A DNA stretch of 64,000 bases from Octopus vulgaris. Its lineage: Eukaryota. Under the pieces are notes generated by a model. The model saw only the letters and a list, made by a program, of their open reading frames with translations. It ran no database searches and was not told the DNA's origin. Of this stretch, positions 27,027-40,110 are shown piece by piece; position 1 is the stretch's first letter, and every line of letters begins with the position of its first letter. The position numbers and the translations under genes are program-made. Location: assembly GCA_951406725.2 (NCBI GenBank), contig OX597818.1:12214001-12278000 (forward strand), in the 5' to 3' direction.

Positions 27027-27134
27027 AATCACTACAATTGTTTCAATCCATCAAGTATCGATCTCTCACGGATGAGATACTTAACAACTGTTCTAGGAGT
27101 ATCCGACGGTGTAGATGTGTCTCTTCAGGTGATT
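27027..27134 (-). ncRNA. Type I hammerhead ribozyme motif
   Basis: AAUCAC CUGAAGA [long imperfect stem II] GAAAC AAUU GUA GUGAUU; 6-bp stem I. Confidence 0.7.
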
Positions 27135-27284
27135 ACAAGATACATCTCATTAAAATAACGACTGTTATGCAAGATATCTTCTCGGTTTGTGTATAGAAAA
27201 ACAACAAATTAAAGGATACAGCTTCATTTTTATTTAAAATCAGCAGAGATACCTGGCGTTATTCTGGATTAAAACGACAGTTTT

Positions 27285-27561
27285 TTTGTTGTTTCACGTG
27301 TTTCAGTCATGTGACTGCAGCCATGCTGGAGCATCACCATTGGTAGAACAAATCGACCCCAGGATTTATTATTTGCAAGCCTAGTATTTATTCTATCGAT
27401 GTCTTTTGCCAAACCGCTACGTTACAGGGACTTAAACACAACAACATCGGTTGTCACAGACAATCAGACACACACACAAATATGCACATATATACGACAG
27501 TCTACTTCTAGTTTCCGTGTACGAAATTCACTCACAAGGCTTTGCTCGACCTGAGGCTATA

Positions 27562-27562
<1 letters not shown>
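27285..27562 (-). mobile_element. SINE family C, head lost at a (TA)n tract
   Basis: TGTTTCAGTCATGTGACTGCAGCCATGCTGGAGCA...TTCACTCACAAGGCTTTG. Confidence 0.8.
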
Positions 27563-27615
<53 letters not shown>

Positions 27616-28017
27616 GAAAAATCGTCAGAACACATATATATATTTTGGGGTGAGAGAACTTGCTTGTTTTTTGGTGGTTCCATTGACGATGGAGATGGAT
27701 AGATAGAAATATAGGTAGGTAGATAGGTAGATAGATAGCTAGATGAATAGATAGATAGATAGTAAGACAGATAGATATATAGATAGGTAGGTAGAGAGAG
27801 AGAGAGAGAGGAAAGGGAATACCCCTTCCTATTTCACCATTTATTTATTTATATATTTAGTCATTTACCATTGTATTGAAATGGGTTTAAGGATGGTGAC
27901 CTCTTAAAAAAATACCAAGTGCGGTGTGGTCATCACTGAAAATCTTTTTGCTTTCTTTCTCTCTTCTCTTTCTCTCTTTCTTCTCTTCTCCTTTTTTCTT
28001 TTTTCTCCCCTTTTTTC

Positions 28018-28345
28018 GTCTTTTCTTTTCTCCTCTTTAGTTATATTTAGAATACAAAATAAACTGTCTCCCCTTTTCTTTCAAATATTTAATTTTGGAG
28101 TGAATTTTTTGATCAAATGTAGTTCTGCATGAAAAAGACATTAGTATAATATTTGTAAATTAAAAATGTAATATATATATATATATATATATATTACATT
28201 TTTAATTTACAAATATTATACTAATGTCTTTTTCATGCAGAACTACATTTGATCAAAAATTCACTCCAAAATTGAATATTTGGAAAAAAGGGGAGACAGT
28301 TTATTTTGTATTCTAAATATAACTAAAGAGGAGAAAAAAAAGACG
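28018..28345. repeat. Palindrome with about 150-bp arms centred on (TA)n
   Basis: CGTCTTTT...AAAAATGTAA(TA)nTTACATTTTT...AAAAGACG. Confidence 0.92.
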
Positions 28346-28399
28346 TATATATATATACGTAAAGCTAGAACATCCAAATGCTACACGTATATATACCTG

Positions 28400-29284
28400 A
28401 ACATGTGTAGAGATGAGCCACATTTGGAATAAAGAATGCAAATTCTCCACTTTACCTTCAAACATACAATTTTGGAGAGAATCTCCTTGATGAAGTGTGT
28501 GCGTGTGTGAATGTGTGTGCGAGTGTGTGTGTGCGAGTGTGTGTGTGCGTGTGTGCTTGTGTGTGTCTATGTGTTTTTGTGTTTGAGAACATGTCCATGT
28601 TTATACTGTGTAACTTCGATCACGCCTCATTCAATTTCATGTTATTGCATTAGAAAACATTAGTATAACTGTTACAAACTAGAAAAACGTGGAAGAATCC
28701 ACATGCAACATATCCGACAAGAGGAAGTACGCAAGATCCCATTAAGTAAGCATCTGGAAATATGCAGCGACGGAAAAAGTCAAATTTTTTTTCCTTTTAC
28801 AAACGTGCACGGGACAATCCGCCATACCGAAAAGCAATGGAACTACATTTTATAAAAAAAAAAAAAATCTCTCCAAAATTGAACGTTTGAAAGAAAAGCG
28901 GAGACAGTACATTTTGTATTCTAAATATATAACTAAAAATCGTAAACATAGTGCTCATCTCTGTAAATATTCATGTGTATATGTGTGGCATTGATATGTT
29001 CTGAGCTTTGCGTGTTTTTCTAGTGTGTAAGTATTATACTAATGTTCTCTAATGCAAAAACATGAAATTGAAAGAGGCTTGATCGAAGTTACACAGCATA
29101 AACATGGACACACATACACACACGCACGCAAACACACAAGCACACACAAACGCTCACACGCATACACACTCACACACACAGACTTCATCAAAGGATTCTC
29201 TCCCAAATTGTATGTTTGAAGGTAAAGTGGAGAATTTGCATTTTTTATTCCAAATGTGGCTCATTTCTACAAATGTTCATCTCT

Positions 29285-29285
<1 letters not shown>
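28400..29285. mobile_element. PLE-derived fold-back element enclosing a GIY-YIG C-terminal fragment (+ strand, about 28670-28890)
   Basis: Arms 28400-28658 and 29033-29285; inner translation KRGRIHMQHIRQEEVRKIPLSKHLEIC...PFYK...RKAMELHFIKK..PKLNV. Confidence 0.75.
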
Positions 29286-29344
<59 letters not shown>

Positions 29345-29396
29345 TATGAATAAATGAAAGAATGGAGTTGAACGACAAATTAACAAATTTCCTTTA

Positions 29397-29479
29397 TTTT
29401 CGACATATGTTTCGAAGGCTGCATATTCCTAATTGTGAAGGAATAAGGAGTACATTATGCCGCTTTCTCATCAGGAAAA
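29397..29479 (-). ncRNA. Type I hammerhead ribozyme motif
   Basis: UUUUC CUGAUGA GAA...UUC GAAAC AUAU GUC GAAAA. Confidence 0.8.
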
Positions 29480-29925
29480 ACAAGGAATTTATGTCAACAT
29501 CAAGATTCACAAAAACTTTTAGATGACTGCTCTCACGGAGCGCATAGCGATAATGAGTGTCTCTTTAATATTCCTTTATAAGGAGTGACGTCAAACTGGT
29601 TGAATGTAGAAAATTCTAGAAGGTTCTAAAGGTTCAAGACTTCAAACGAAGTAGAGGGAGAGAGGCCTCTCTCCCCTACTTCATTTGAACTCTTGAACCT
29701 TTAGAACCTTCTAGAATTTTCTACATTCAACCAGTTTGACGCTCTCTCCCCTACTTCGTTTGAACTCTTGAACCTTTAGAACCTTCTAGAATTTTCTACA
29801 TTCAACCAGTTTGACGTCACTCCTTATAAAGGAATATTAAAGAGACACTCATTATAGCTATGCGCTCCGTGAGAGCAGTCATCTAAATGTTTTTGTGAAT
29901 CTTGATGTTGATATAAATTCCTTGT

Positions 29926-30006
29926 TTTTCCTGATGAGAAAGCGGCATAATGTACTCCTTATTCCTTCACAATTAGGAATATGCAGCCTTCGAAACATGT
30001 CGAAAA
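29926..30006 (+). ncRNA. Type I hammerhead ribozyme motif
   Basis: UUUUC CUGAUGA GAA...UUC GAAAC AU GUC GAAAA. Confidence 0.78.
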
Positions 30007-30201
30007 TAAAGGAAATTTGTTAATTTGTCGTTCAACTTCATTCTTTCATTTATTCATAAATTTTATAAAAATACACACAAATTTCCACACGAAAACACGT
30101 AGTCTCTGCCCTAGGCACGTAACTTCAACCGTGTTATTTCTGATGTGAATTTGCTACCCAGGTATCGGTTAAACGAATTATCCATAAAAAGATATTTCAT
30201 T

Positions 30202-30362
<161 letters not shown>

Positions 30363-30397
30363 CCTGTATATATTGTGAATTTAAAAATATATGTAAT

Positions 30398-30775
30398 GTG
30401 AATGACATAGTATATAAATGTGTTGTGACTCTGATAGACGATAATAATAATAATAATTATAATTTAAAAGCAACTTACGTGGGGTCGACGAGTAATAAAA
30501 TTAAACAAAGAGTGGCCCAACACATGCATTCATTTAAGAATAAACAATTGATTAATTCGATTGGCCTTAGCGAATATATATGAGAATTGAAATCTAAAGC
30601 AATTAAGTACAATTTAAATTGGGAGATAGTCTGTAAAACGAAATCTTATTGAATAGGTAATAAGTGTTGTTTACTATGTACAAACGAATTTATGGAAATA
30701 TTACAATCTAATACTAAATTGATTAATACCCACGACGAGAGAAAAATAAAATGTAAACATAAATTGAATTATATA
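30398..30775 (+). pseudogene. Penelope-like GIY-YIG endonuclease domain with in-frame stops
   Basis: IVYKCVV...[20 protein letters not shown]...LSEYI*ELK...NWEIV...CLLCTNE...LIN...E...CKH. Confidence 0.85.
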
Positions 30776-31789
30776 AGTTTAAATAATTTTGAATACATAT
30801 TAACACTAATTTAGAGTACTAATTATATAGTCAAAATTAGTAATTTAGTAATAGTATAACGAGGATATTTTAGCCGTAGATTATGCAGGTTACGTACGTT
30901 ACTAGAATATGACTTAACAAAGAGTTTAATTATAAAAAAACAAATAGATTGGTGAATATATAACAAATAGCGGACAAAAATATAAATTTAGAAATACTCC
31001 CCAGTAAATGCTATATTACATCACGATTATTTGTTATTTTTTTTAGTTAAAATACGTATTTCTGTATAGTTCCCCTGTAGTAATAATTTACGTCAGATTT
31101 ATAATTAACGGAATTTTCTTTCAACTCCAATTTTTGTTTAACGGTTAAAATTTAAATTTGCAACGTTATAATACAGAGTTCTACTTATCAGTCCAAAAAT
31201 GATTATTTACGTATTGATTTAAAGTTATAGAATTCTTGTAACAATAAAATTGTAGTTAATTTTTAACATGGTTTTAGTATAATTTTAGTCTCGTATAATT
31301 TTAATTCCACATTTGTAAATTATAAATTTTATAAGTTTAATTTTTAGTTTAACGTATAAAATTCAATTTAACTGATATAAATAAGACAATTAACGTTTTT
31401 ACTTTTCATAAAAACCACTAAATTCTATCTGATTACTTATTTATCTAAATAAATTAACCACGGAAATTAATTTTTTTTCTTTCATATATATATATATTTT
31501 TTCCTATTATTCCTATTTTTAATATTTGAAGTATTTTTATAATTATCTCCCCTACTTCGGAAATCTTAAATAGAGGATAGTATTTTCTTTAGTAGTGGTA
31601 TTCAATAAATGAGAATTATCTCTCTCACATGGGAAATCATATAAATAGAGGACATAACATTAGTAGCCATCTTTAATTTGCGGAGTTGACTGGTGCTCAT
31701 CAAAAAGGTAAGTCATGCTCATACTTTTCTTTAATATTGTTAAATCTTATCAATTATTTATAAAGTATAGTGTAGTTATAACGTTTTCA

Positions 31790-31900
31790 TTTATGTTGAA
31801 GAGTGGCTATGTATCGTTGGATCAAAGAAATATTAATTTTTGATTATCGATTTTGATATTGTAGATTCGTATACATAGTCACGAAACACGCGTTGTCGTT
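31790..31900 (+). ncRNA. Degenerate hammerhead motif downstream of the GIY-YIG fragment
   Basis: UUGAAGA GUGGCUAUGUAU...AUACAUAGUCAC GAAAC ACGC GUU; 12-bp stem II, C3 mutated, stem I poor. Confidence 0.5.
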
Positions 31901-32035
31901 TTACTGTGTATCTTTTTAATGTATATTATTTAGTATAGAAATTTTTAGTACAATGTTAATGATAATATATTTAAATTTATATATTTTTCAGTATTAATTG
32001 AATTACTTTATGGAGGTTTTATCTCTTAATTCTAT

Positions 32036-32133
<98 letters not shown>

Positions 32134-32304
32134 ATATACATAATATTTTATTTATTTATTATATTTTTTATTTGCAAATATACTAATGCTTTTTCATGCA
32201 GAGCTACATTTCATCAAAAAATTCTCTCCAAAATTGAATGTTTGAAAGAAAAGGGAAGACAGTTCATTTATACGCATGCATATATACATACAGATATACA
32301 TACA

Positions 32305-32336
<32 letters not shown>

Positions 32337-32339
<3 letters not shown>

Positions 32340-32905
32340 TGGCGAAAATAAATTTAAGACCGATGATAAAAGTTCAATTTCCTACACAATATTTTGTTAC
32401 TAACACCATACAAATTATTTTTATCTTTTAAACCTTATGCAGAATTTATTTCTCCTTCGAATGATGCAGACAATAACTATTTTTATACAACCTGAAGAAT
32501 TCTAATTCTGAATTAATATAAGCGTTTCAAATTTACCGGCAAAATTAGTTTTAGACTATGTAATATGAATTCAAATTTTCTTGCCAAAATGGGTGACCAC
32601 ACAACTAGCCTAACTGCACTATATATTGTTATAATATAATGTTATTATACAATTGATTAATAATAGGAAAACAACGTAGCATCAGTCCAGTCATGAGAGC
32701 AAAAATCGTATTACTCCACCAACAAAAAGTTTCCTTTTCGAGCATCAGCAAGAAACTAAAGTGCAGGAAAACGGCTTGCGTGCAAGCGTGGAAGTTATAC
32801 TCGGAGACTGGTCAATATAAAGATCGGCAAAGGACTAGTGCCCCAAGAAAAACGACGGCGCAGTTGGACTGTCGAATGATCTCATTGGTCCACAAAATAT
32901 AGAGG
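32337..32905 (+). mobile_element. Tc1 5' fragment (TIR and N-terminal HTH)
   Basis: TA|CACTGGCGAAAATAAATTTAAGAC, with an inner repeat near 32536; ORF 32693-32902 RAKIVLLHQQ...ISKKL...YSETGQYKDRQRTSAPRKTT. Confidence 0.8.
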
Positions 32906-32949
32906 AATTCCTTGGAGCAGAATCTACATCTCCTGGAAAGGATATTATA

Positions 32950-33616
32950 TAGTTGTGAGTGCTTTATCATGGACTAAGTTAGATCATATTTAATTTTATC
33001 TTCCTTAAATCGCCACACAAAATCAGCCAAAGATTTTGAATGCCTCTTGTTGATTTTCTTGAAGTTGGGGATATGGTTAAATAATGATTCTTGAATGAAT
33101 CAGCCGTTGCCCCAATGTAAACGTACGGCCCTTCCCTTATGCGTACACTGCTTTTATATACAAGATTCGTACTCATACAGAGGTTTTTTCAACGGGCATT
33201 TTGATTTTTCTCTGCATGAGCATTTATGAGATTTAGTTGTATATGTAGCAGTTTTGACTTCATTTTCCGACGCTGCAACCATGTTGGCTATATCACTATT
33301 ATTGCTATCATCACGACGTGACCGCAGCAGATATATTTTATTCTGGTTTATATCTCCTTTCATGGTATTTTGATTTATATGCTCGCTGTCTTTTCTATTT
33401 GTCAAGCCGGAAGTAGTTCGCACGTCATAAGTTATAGTTCCAGCAGGTGGGTTATATATAAAATAACGAAGGCGGCTATACACATTATAAAATCAAAAAG
33501 AACAATTTTAATTGTCACTAATTGTGACTGAGAGTACAGGGTAGCACTTACATTGCTAGAAATAAGAGTTAAAATCCCTTAGACCCGTAAGGAAGCACAT
33601 TTTCATATACTGACAT
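32950..33616 (-). pseudogene. Penelope-like (Neptune-type) Cys-rich linker and GIY-YIG endonuclease, frameshifted, no RT
   Basis: YFIYNPP, CSCREKSKCPL, NLVYKSSV...YIGATADSFKNHY. Confidence 0.8.
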
Positions 33617-33645
33617 GAGAGGTAGCCGCCACACAGCGAGCGAGA

Positions 33646-33693
33646 TCACGATACTACAGTTTCGTTTGAAAATTACAAACTCATCAGTAGTGA
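33646..33693 (-). ncRNA. Type I hammerhead ribozyme motif
   Basis: UCACUA CUGAUGA GUUUG-UAAUUUU-CAAAC GAAAC UGUA GUA UCGUGA. Confidence 0.78.
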
Positions 33694-33697
33694 CTAC

Positions 33698-33768
<71 letters not shown>

Positions 33769-33795
33769 TATATATATATATATATACATATATAT

Positions 33796-33841
<46 letters not shown>

Positions 33842-35089
33842 ATATATGTATATGTATATATACACATATATATGTACTCACATACACACGGATGAATGGA
33901 TAGATTGATAGATACGTGTGCATGTGTGGGTGTGGGTAGGTGTGTTTGTGTGTGTGCATGTGTGTATGTATATAATCGTATTAAAGTGGAGTTTTTCAGA
34001 CTAGAATCTTAGCTAAATTTCAGGAATCCGCTGTTACACGGACATTACTCATGGGGCTGAAATATCAAGGCATAATTACACTTAAAGAATCCAACGAACT
34101 GTATCAGGAGTAAAAATTACGCATGATTTTTTAAAAAGAATAAAAGGCGAAAGCACATAAAAAAACAATGTATTATAGTAATAATACGTACACAATATAC
34201 GTAGCATAAAGTAAACCCAACGAAGTAGAAATGGTTCTTATAGGATATTTATACTTGCTGTTTCACTTGTACCCAACACAATTTATCAAAAGTTTGTTTT
34301 GAAGTTACAGTAGTTGCAATATTCCACAATAATAGTCAATTTCGTTTCTAATTAAGTAACCCCTCAAAGTTTAAGGCTATAAATATAAAATCGAAAATGA
34401 TAAATATGGTGAATGATAATGAATTCGTATGCTTTATTCAGGTATATGATTTTAAAGCAGAAATTCAATATCACTTTAAATTACAGTTTCATGGTAAATC
34501 GTTAACATTACAAACACAAAAAGTTAATTAAAATCCTATAAAATCACATTGCTCATCATCTTTAACACTAAGTGAACTTTTATAATAAATGATATCGTAC
34601 AAATCCTCTTCAACATGCCTGCTTGTAATTATAGGTGACATATCATCAATATCGTCATCACCATCGGCGTCGTCACCAACATCGTCGTCGTCGTCATCAT
34701 CATCATCATTACTACCACCTAATAGAAATTCATCTCCTAAACTACCAAACGCATTCGAAATTATAAATTTCTTGAATGATTTCTTAATAATATTAGCTTT
34801 TATTTCATTCTATAAATGGGCGATTCATTCTCAAACTAGAGGCAATGAAGGAGCCAATACTGTAACACTTTTCGTGTATGATTTTTTCTGTATCACGTGT
34901 CAAGTTACTCCATTTCTTTTTTATCAGATTTTTTTCAAGCGGCCATGATGCATCTCATCACACCAGGCCAAGAAAATGTCTTCTATTCGATTTGGTAGAC
35001 TTCACTTTCATGTTGTGTGTCTCTGCCAATAACATCAATGAAGATGAATCATCTTCGTTCTCTGTCAGGGTGTAGAAGCCTCCAAATTA

Positions 35090-36050
35090 TAACAGTCAAT
35101 ATGACCTGGTAACAGCACGGTAACAGTTACAAGTAAAGCCTAGTCTTCGTTGAACAACAATGGCTGAGATGGGTGGAATGTGTCCCAAAACCTCTTCCTT
35201 GGTCTTGTGCTCATACTATGTTTTAAGCCCTCACGAGAAGTTTGATGCACCATACTATGTTTTAAGCCCTCACGACAAGTTTGATGCACATACGATTAAG
35301 TTCCTTTTTCATAGTCTATGGAAAAGAATGCTCTCTACTCATGCCCCGAAAAAAGTAAGCCTCGTCCACTTTAAAATACTTGAATGCCATATGTTGAACC
35401 TAGCTTCAGGCATTTTAGGCATGTAGTTTGTTTGCTAGAAAATCGTTTTTGCTACCAGCAACATAAGATCTCGGCTACTTGAGTGACTAGCCTTCAGTTA
35501 CATGCCATCACTGAAATAATGGCAGGTGGTAACGCCTTTATTGATAATTATGTACTCAGTCTTTTTTACATTAAAAACAAAACAAAACAAAACCGAGCTT
35601 TGTTGCAGCATTCTAAAGAATGCTTACAAGTTTTGTCCATCACGTATGTGAGAATATGATCATTAACAAGGTTAAGGTCAAAGAGGTATAGGCTTTGCTA
35701 ACATCTTGACTGCTTCTGTTGGGTGGTGAGGCCTTTGTGTTAAGACTTTGTTTAAGGATGTACTCCATACAATCACAAAGAGAAAAGGAGCTAGGTTATC
35801 TTCTCGAAGGATTTCTACCTTATCGCTAACGATTGCGAAACACTTATAAGGAATTACTCCTATGTCAATACAATGTGATTAGACAGTAACAACAGCACTC
35901 AAGGATCAATTTTGATCACTAGATGGAACTCAAAGTGTTACATCTAACGAAGAGCAGAGAAAAAATTCCTTCCAGATTGTAAATTCCAACTGGTTCTCTG
36001 ATTGCAGATGTATGACAATTCCTTATGAAAAATTTAATTTGGTGTAATTT
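35090..36050 (-). pseudogene. RTE-type LINE RT remnant
   Basis: Manual translation: DNLAPFLFVIV, NVKKTEYII, VESILF, IPPISAIVVQRRLGF; a 39-bp tandem duplication lies at about 35212-35290. Confidence 0.65.
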
Positions 36051-36218
36051 TTTTTCTTAAAAATCAACAATTGTCTTGCGGCAAACACATTTATTTGTAT
36101 TTTTTTAGACATAAATAGTTTTTATTTTGAATACTTATTGTTCATTCTGGCAAGAATTTTCTCACAAAATGATGCCGAAACTTCGTGGTTGCATTTTGCA
36201 AGTGCTCTATGAGAACTT

Positions 36219-36520
36219 GTGGAGGTACATGGTCTAGTGGTTAGAGCAGCGGACTCGCGGTCGAGGGATCGCGGGTTCGAATCTCAGACCGGACGATGTG
36301 TGTGTTTATGAATGAAACACCTAAGGTCCACGCGGCTCCGGCAGTAATGGCGAACTTCTGCTGACTCTTTCGCCATAACTTTCTCTCACTCTTTCCTCCT
36401 GCATCTTGCAGCTCACCTGCGACGGACCGGTGTCCCGTCCAGGAGGGGAACCTTTACGCCAAGGAAACCGGGATACCAGCCCTTATGAGCCAGGCGTGGC
36501 TCGAGAAAGAACAAAGAAAA
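36219..36520 (+). mobile_element. Full-length tRNA-derived SINE (family A) with TSD
   Basis: A/B boxes TGGTCTAGTGG and GGTTCGAATC; flanking repeat CTATGAGAA at 36207 and 36521. Confidence 0.9.
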
Positions 36521-37194
36521 CTATGAGAATTCACATCAGTCAGGCAAAATATAATGATCCCATTTTGATTTGAAAATTATGGTCTCATTCATTGCTGTAG
36601 TTGATAGAAATAACAAACAATGATGGCGAACAATAGTAATTGCGACGTCAGCTCTGGATACTCAGCTTTATGGTTGTGTTTTCAGTTACAAATTGCAAGC
36701 TGTTGAAGAGTTGTTTACAAGTGCTACTCATTCAAAAACAGTACTTATAGTGAATTTTACTAGAAAAAAAAGTATTGTCGATTTTATGTAAGAAATGATG
36801 GCAGGTTATATTGCAAACCTAATACTTGAATAAACTGTCTATAAAAATGCATAATTACAAGAATAAAATAAATTCATTACTATAACATTTACACACAATA
36901 TATTGACCATTTATCTTGTGTACGAAGAGTAGTGAGAATCAAAACAAATAGATAATATTCATTCTTAATATGGTCCTTCAGATTCAAATGTGAATAAGCT
37001 AATCGCAGTTGTATTTCGTCTTCAGAGAACACCTATTTTCAGATGATAAGTGTTCGCAACACACTCAATTTATTGACATATGACGTATATGTTTGTATTT
37101 TGGTGAAATGTTTCTGCGTCGTTATTACCGCTCACCCACAAAGTTTTTCAAATTTATTGGTGTTTCTTTTACTTTCTCCTTACTATTACCATTT

Positions 37195-37703
37195 GTGGAG
37201 GCGCAATGGCCCAGTGGTTAGGACAGCGGACTCGCGGTTGTAGGACCGCGGTTTCGATTCCCGGACCGGGCATTGTGAGTGTTTATTGAGCAAAAACACC
37301 TAAAGCTCTACGAGGCTCCGGCAGGGGGTGGTGGTGAACTCTGCTGTACTCTTTCACCACAACTTTCTCTCACTCTTTCTTCCTGTTTCTGTTGAACCTG
37401 TATTTCAAAAGGCCAGCCTTGTCACACTCTGTGTCACGCTGAATCTCCCCGAGAACTACGTTAAGAGTACACGTGTCTGTGGAGTGCTCAGCCATTTGCA
37501 CGTTAATAAATGAGCTGCGACGTCACGGGTGCCATACTGTATCAGCCTTTGCCTTTCCCTTGGATAAAATCGGTGGCGTGGAGAGGGGAGGCCAGTATGC
37601 ATGGGCGACTGCTGACCTTCCATAAACAACCTTGCCCAGACTTGTGCCTCGGAGGGTAACTTTCTAGGTGCAATTCCATGGTCATTCATGACCGAAGGAG
37701 GTC
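37195..37703 (+). mobile_element. Full-length tRNA-derived SINE (family A head, different body) with 13-bp TSD
   Basis: TSD ACTATTACCATTT at 37182-37194 and 37704-37716. Confidence 0.92.
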
Positions 37704-39326
37704 ACTATTACCATTTATTCTCCCTCCACTAACATGGGTTATTTGGCCCTTCTCCATTATCCTTCTCTTCTTCTCTTTCATTAGTCCCAATTTACTTGTC
37801 CTACGACACTAGTAAATATTTCATCTCACGCTGACGAAATGTTTTTCCTGAAACGTTAGATTACTTTCTTCCTCGCCGTTTAAAATGAATTACACCGTGT
37901 ATCATTTCATTACTATTTGCTGACACATCAATACTCAAGCGAAACTTAAAACAACGTAAGATCTTGATCATAACGGTGATTCTGTTTATAACATCAATGG
38001 TAATGAGTCTGACAATAATGATGATGATGGTGATAATGCTGATGATGGTTACAATGAGGACAACAGCGATAATGACGATGACGATGACTGTGATGAGAGA
38101 GTTGGTGTCGACAAACGACGACCTTATTCATGCTGGTGGTGATAGTGGTGCTGCTAATGCTGCTAATAATGAAGTAATTACTTTAAAAGTCATTTGAAAG
38201 TGTTTGAAGTTGAAATCATTTTACGCTATAGCATAGCTCTTTTTCCAGACGCAAAGAGAAAGGTATAAAACAAATACTCCACCCTCACCAGCCACCTTTT
38301 AGCAACAAATTTTAGCTACAAACAAGTCCTGATGAATTAGACCTATCGTCTGGTCCGAGGTGTTTCGTCAATGACCAATGACCATTCCTTTTTCACAAGC
38401 ATATTGTAATCACTACGCTCAGCCCTTCTTTGCCAGAACGTCGGTCCCTTGAATTTTCTCGAAGGTCATGGCTTTCCAGCAGAATCTGATTTGCAATTGA
38501 TTCAAAAGAAACATTAATTGCATCAGTCTTATTAGTCCCAATGCAAAAAAAAAAACAAAAAACATCAGCACTGACTTTTTCCTCTCATCCAACTAATAAA
38601 ACAAAATTTTAATGTTCAAATTTGTGTCCGCTTTTTACGGAAAGATTTTAGGGTTTGATTTGAAGGATAATTTACTGCTATTTCTAGAATGTGGTTGACA
38701 ACCTAGACGCTTCTGCCGTATTATCTGTACAACTTACTTGATTTTTCGAAATTTTCAACCTCTTTTCTTATGTCTATTAAGGTGACCTTGTTACTTATGG
38801 CTTTGTGGTTTCTGACTTTGCTCCTGCATATTTAATATGTTTTCTTTAAGGATTGTCCTATTTCTCTCATTTATACAGCTGAAAAGGCGAATTCTGAGAT
38901 GAGAGAAGTTAATTTATCCAAGTGATGCTTAAAATATCTTTCATACGTCATCGTTACATTTACGATTCATTCAAGAATTTAATAATTTTATTTGTGAAAT
39001 ATGTAAAATATAGTAATATAGTGCTTTTATTTGGTTGTCAGTCGATGAGATATGACACGGGACAATATATTACTACTGTTTGATTTACCCCGAATACTGA
39101 AAATATAGATGATAGAGTATCTCCTTCTCTTCATGATAAAAGCTTATTTTGAGGAGTCATTTCTCTTTGTGTTGAAAGGTAAGATATGTTACTTCCTTTC
39201 AGAGGATATATTTTTTTCAGGAGTAATATTGTAACAGAGTGTAAACAAAGAGATGTAAACTACTCGACTTAGCTAAACTATGTTTTACACAATGCCTTTA
39301 TTTTCCATGTTAATATTTCTTCTGCA

Positions 39327-39538
39327 TAAGGCAGCGAACTGGCAAAATCTTTAGCGTGCCGGGCAAAATGCTTAGGAGTGGTTGGTCCGTCTTTACGTTC
39401 TGTGTCCAAATTCTGCCGAGATCAACTTTGCTTTTCATCCTTTCAGGGTCAATAAAATAAGTATCAGTTGAGCACTGGGATTGATGTAATCGATTTACAC
39501 CTCTCCGAAATTGCTGACCGTGTGCCAAAATTTGAAAC
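39327..39538 (+). mobile_element. SINE family B with 16-bp TSD
   Basis: TSD TAATATTTCTTCTGCA at 39311-39326 and 39539-39554. Confidence 0.9.
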
Positions 39539-40110
39539 TAATATTTCTTCTGCACCTTTTGAGGGTAAGTTTTCAAGATCTGGTTCTATAATCTACGCTA
39601 CATGAACGGCAGAAAGTTGGCAAGTGACAGGAGGAATACATTGTTATTTGACATAGCAATTCTCACGCTAGGATTGGTTATGCGTGAAATATTTTATTGA
39701 ATATTATTTCCTCTAGTGTAGTTTACGTAACTATGCTGAAACGAGCTTCAGTATTAACATTCGAACCCAGTATTATATGGAAAACGTCTATCTTTAGTGC
39801 TTCGTTGTTTATATCAGTGGTTCTTAACCTTTATTTTGATAGCTCCCCATTTTTAAGTAGTTGATATGCCTAAGCACCCACCTAAGTGACGAATGATATA
39901 TCACAACTAAACTAACTAATCCCGGAGGATAATATATAAATTTTACTCTAAAAATGGATTGTATAAGCGTTCAACAGTGAAACGATAGAAAATTACTACA
40001 AGCAAAAATTGTAAATTTACTTTGTAAGTTGCAAGTTAATGACATCCCGTGCCTGATGAGATCTGATTTTATTTTAACAACCATTATTAGTTTTATCATG
40101 AATGATATAA

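Larger units (their letters stand above)
29336..30067. repeat. Spacerless palindrome of about 730 bp, centre AGG|CCT at 29665/29666
   Basis: Arms are reverse-complementary with few mismatches; the right arm has an extra tandem copy of about 75 bp (29742-29816). Confidence 0.93.

Noticed and set aside
36219-36295. tRNA gene-like cloverleaf (also at 150-227, 2636 and 37195)
   Set aside because: These are SINE heads continuing into SINE bodies, with TSDs on the two full-length copies; they are not tRNA genes.
37825-37862. CTGACGA...GAAACGTT hammerhead-like string
   Set aside because: Stems I and II pair poorly; at best a decayed copy, not counted.
38325-38370. CTGATGA followed by a hairpin
   Set aside because: No GAAA core downstream.
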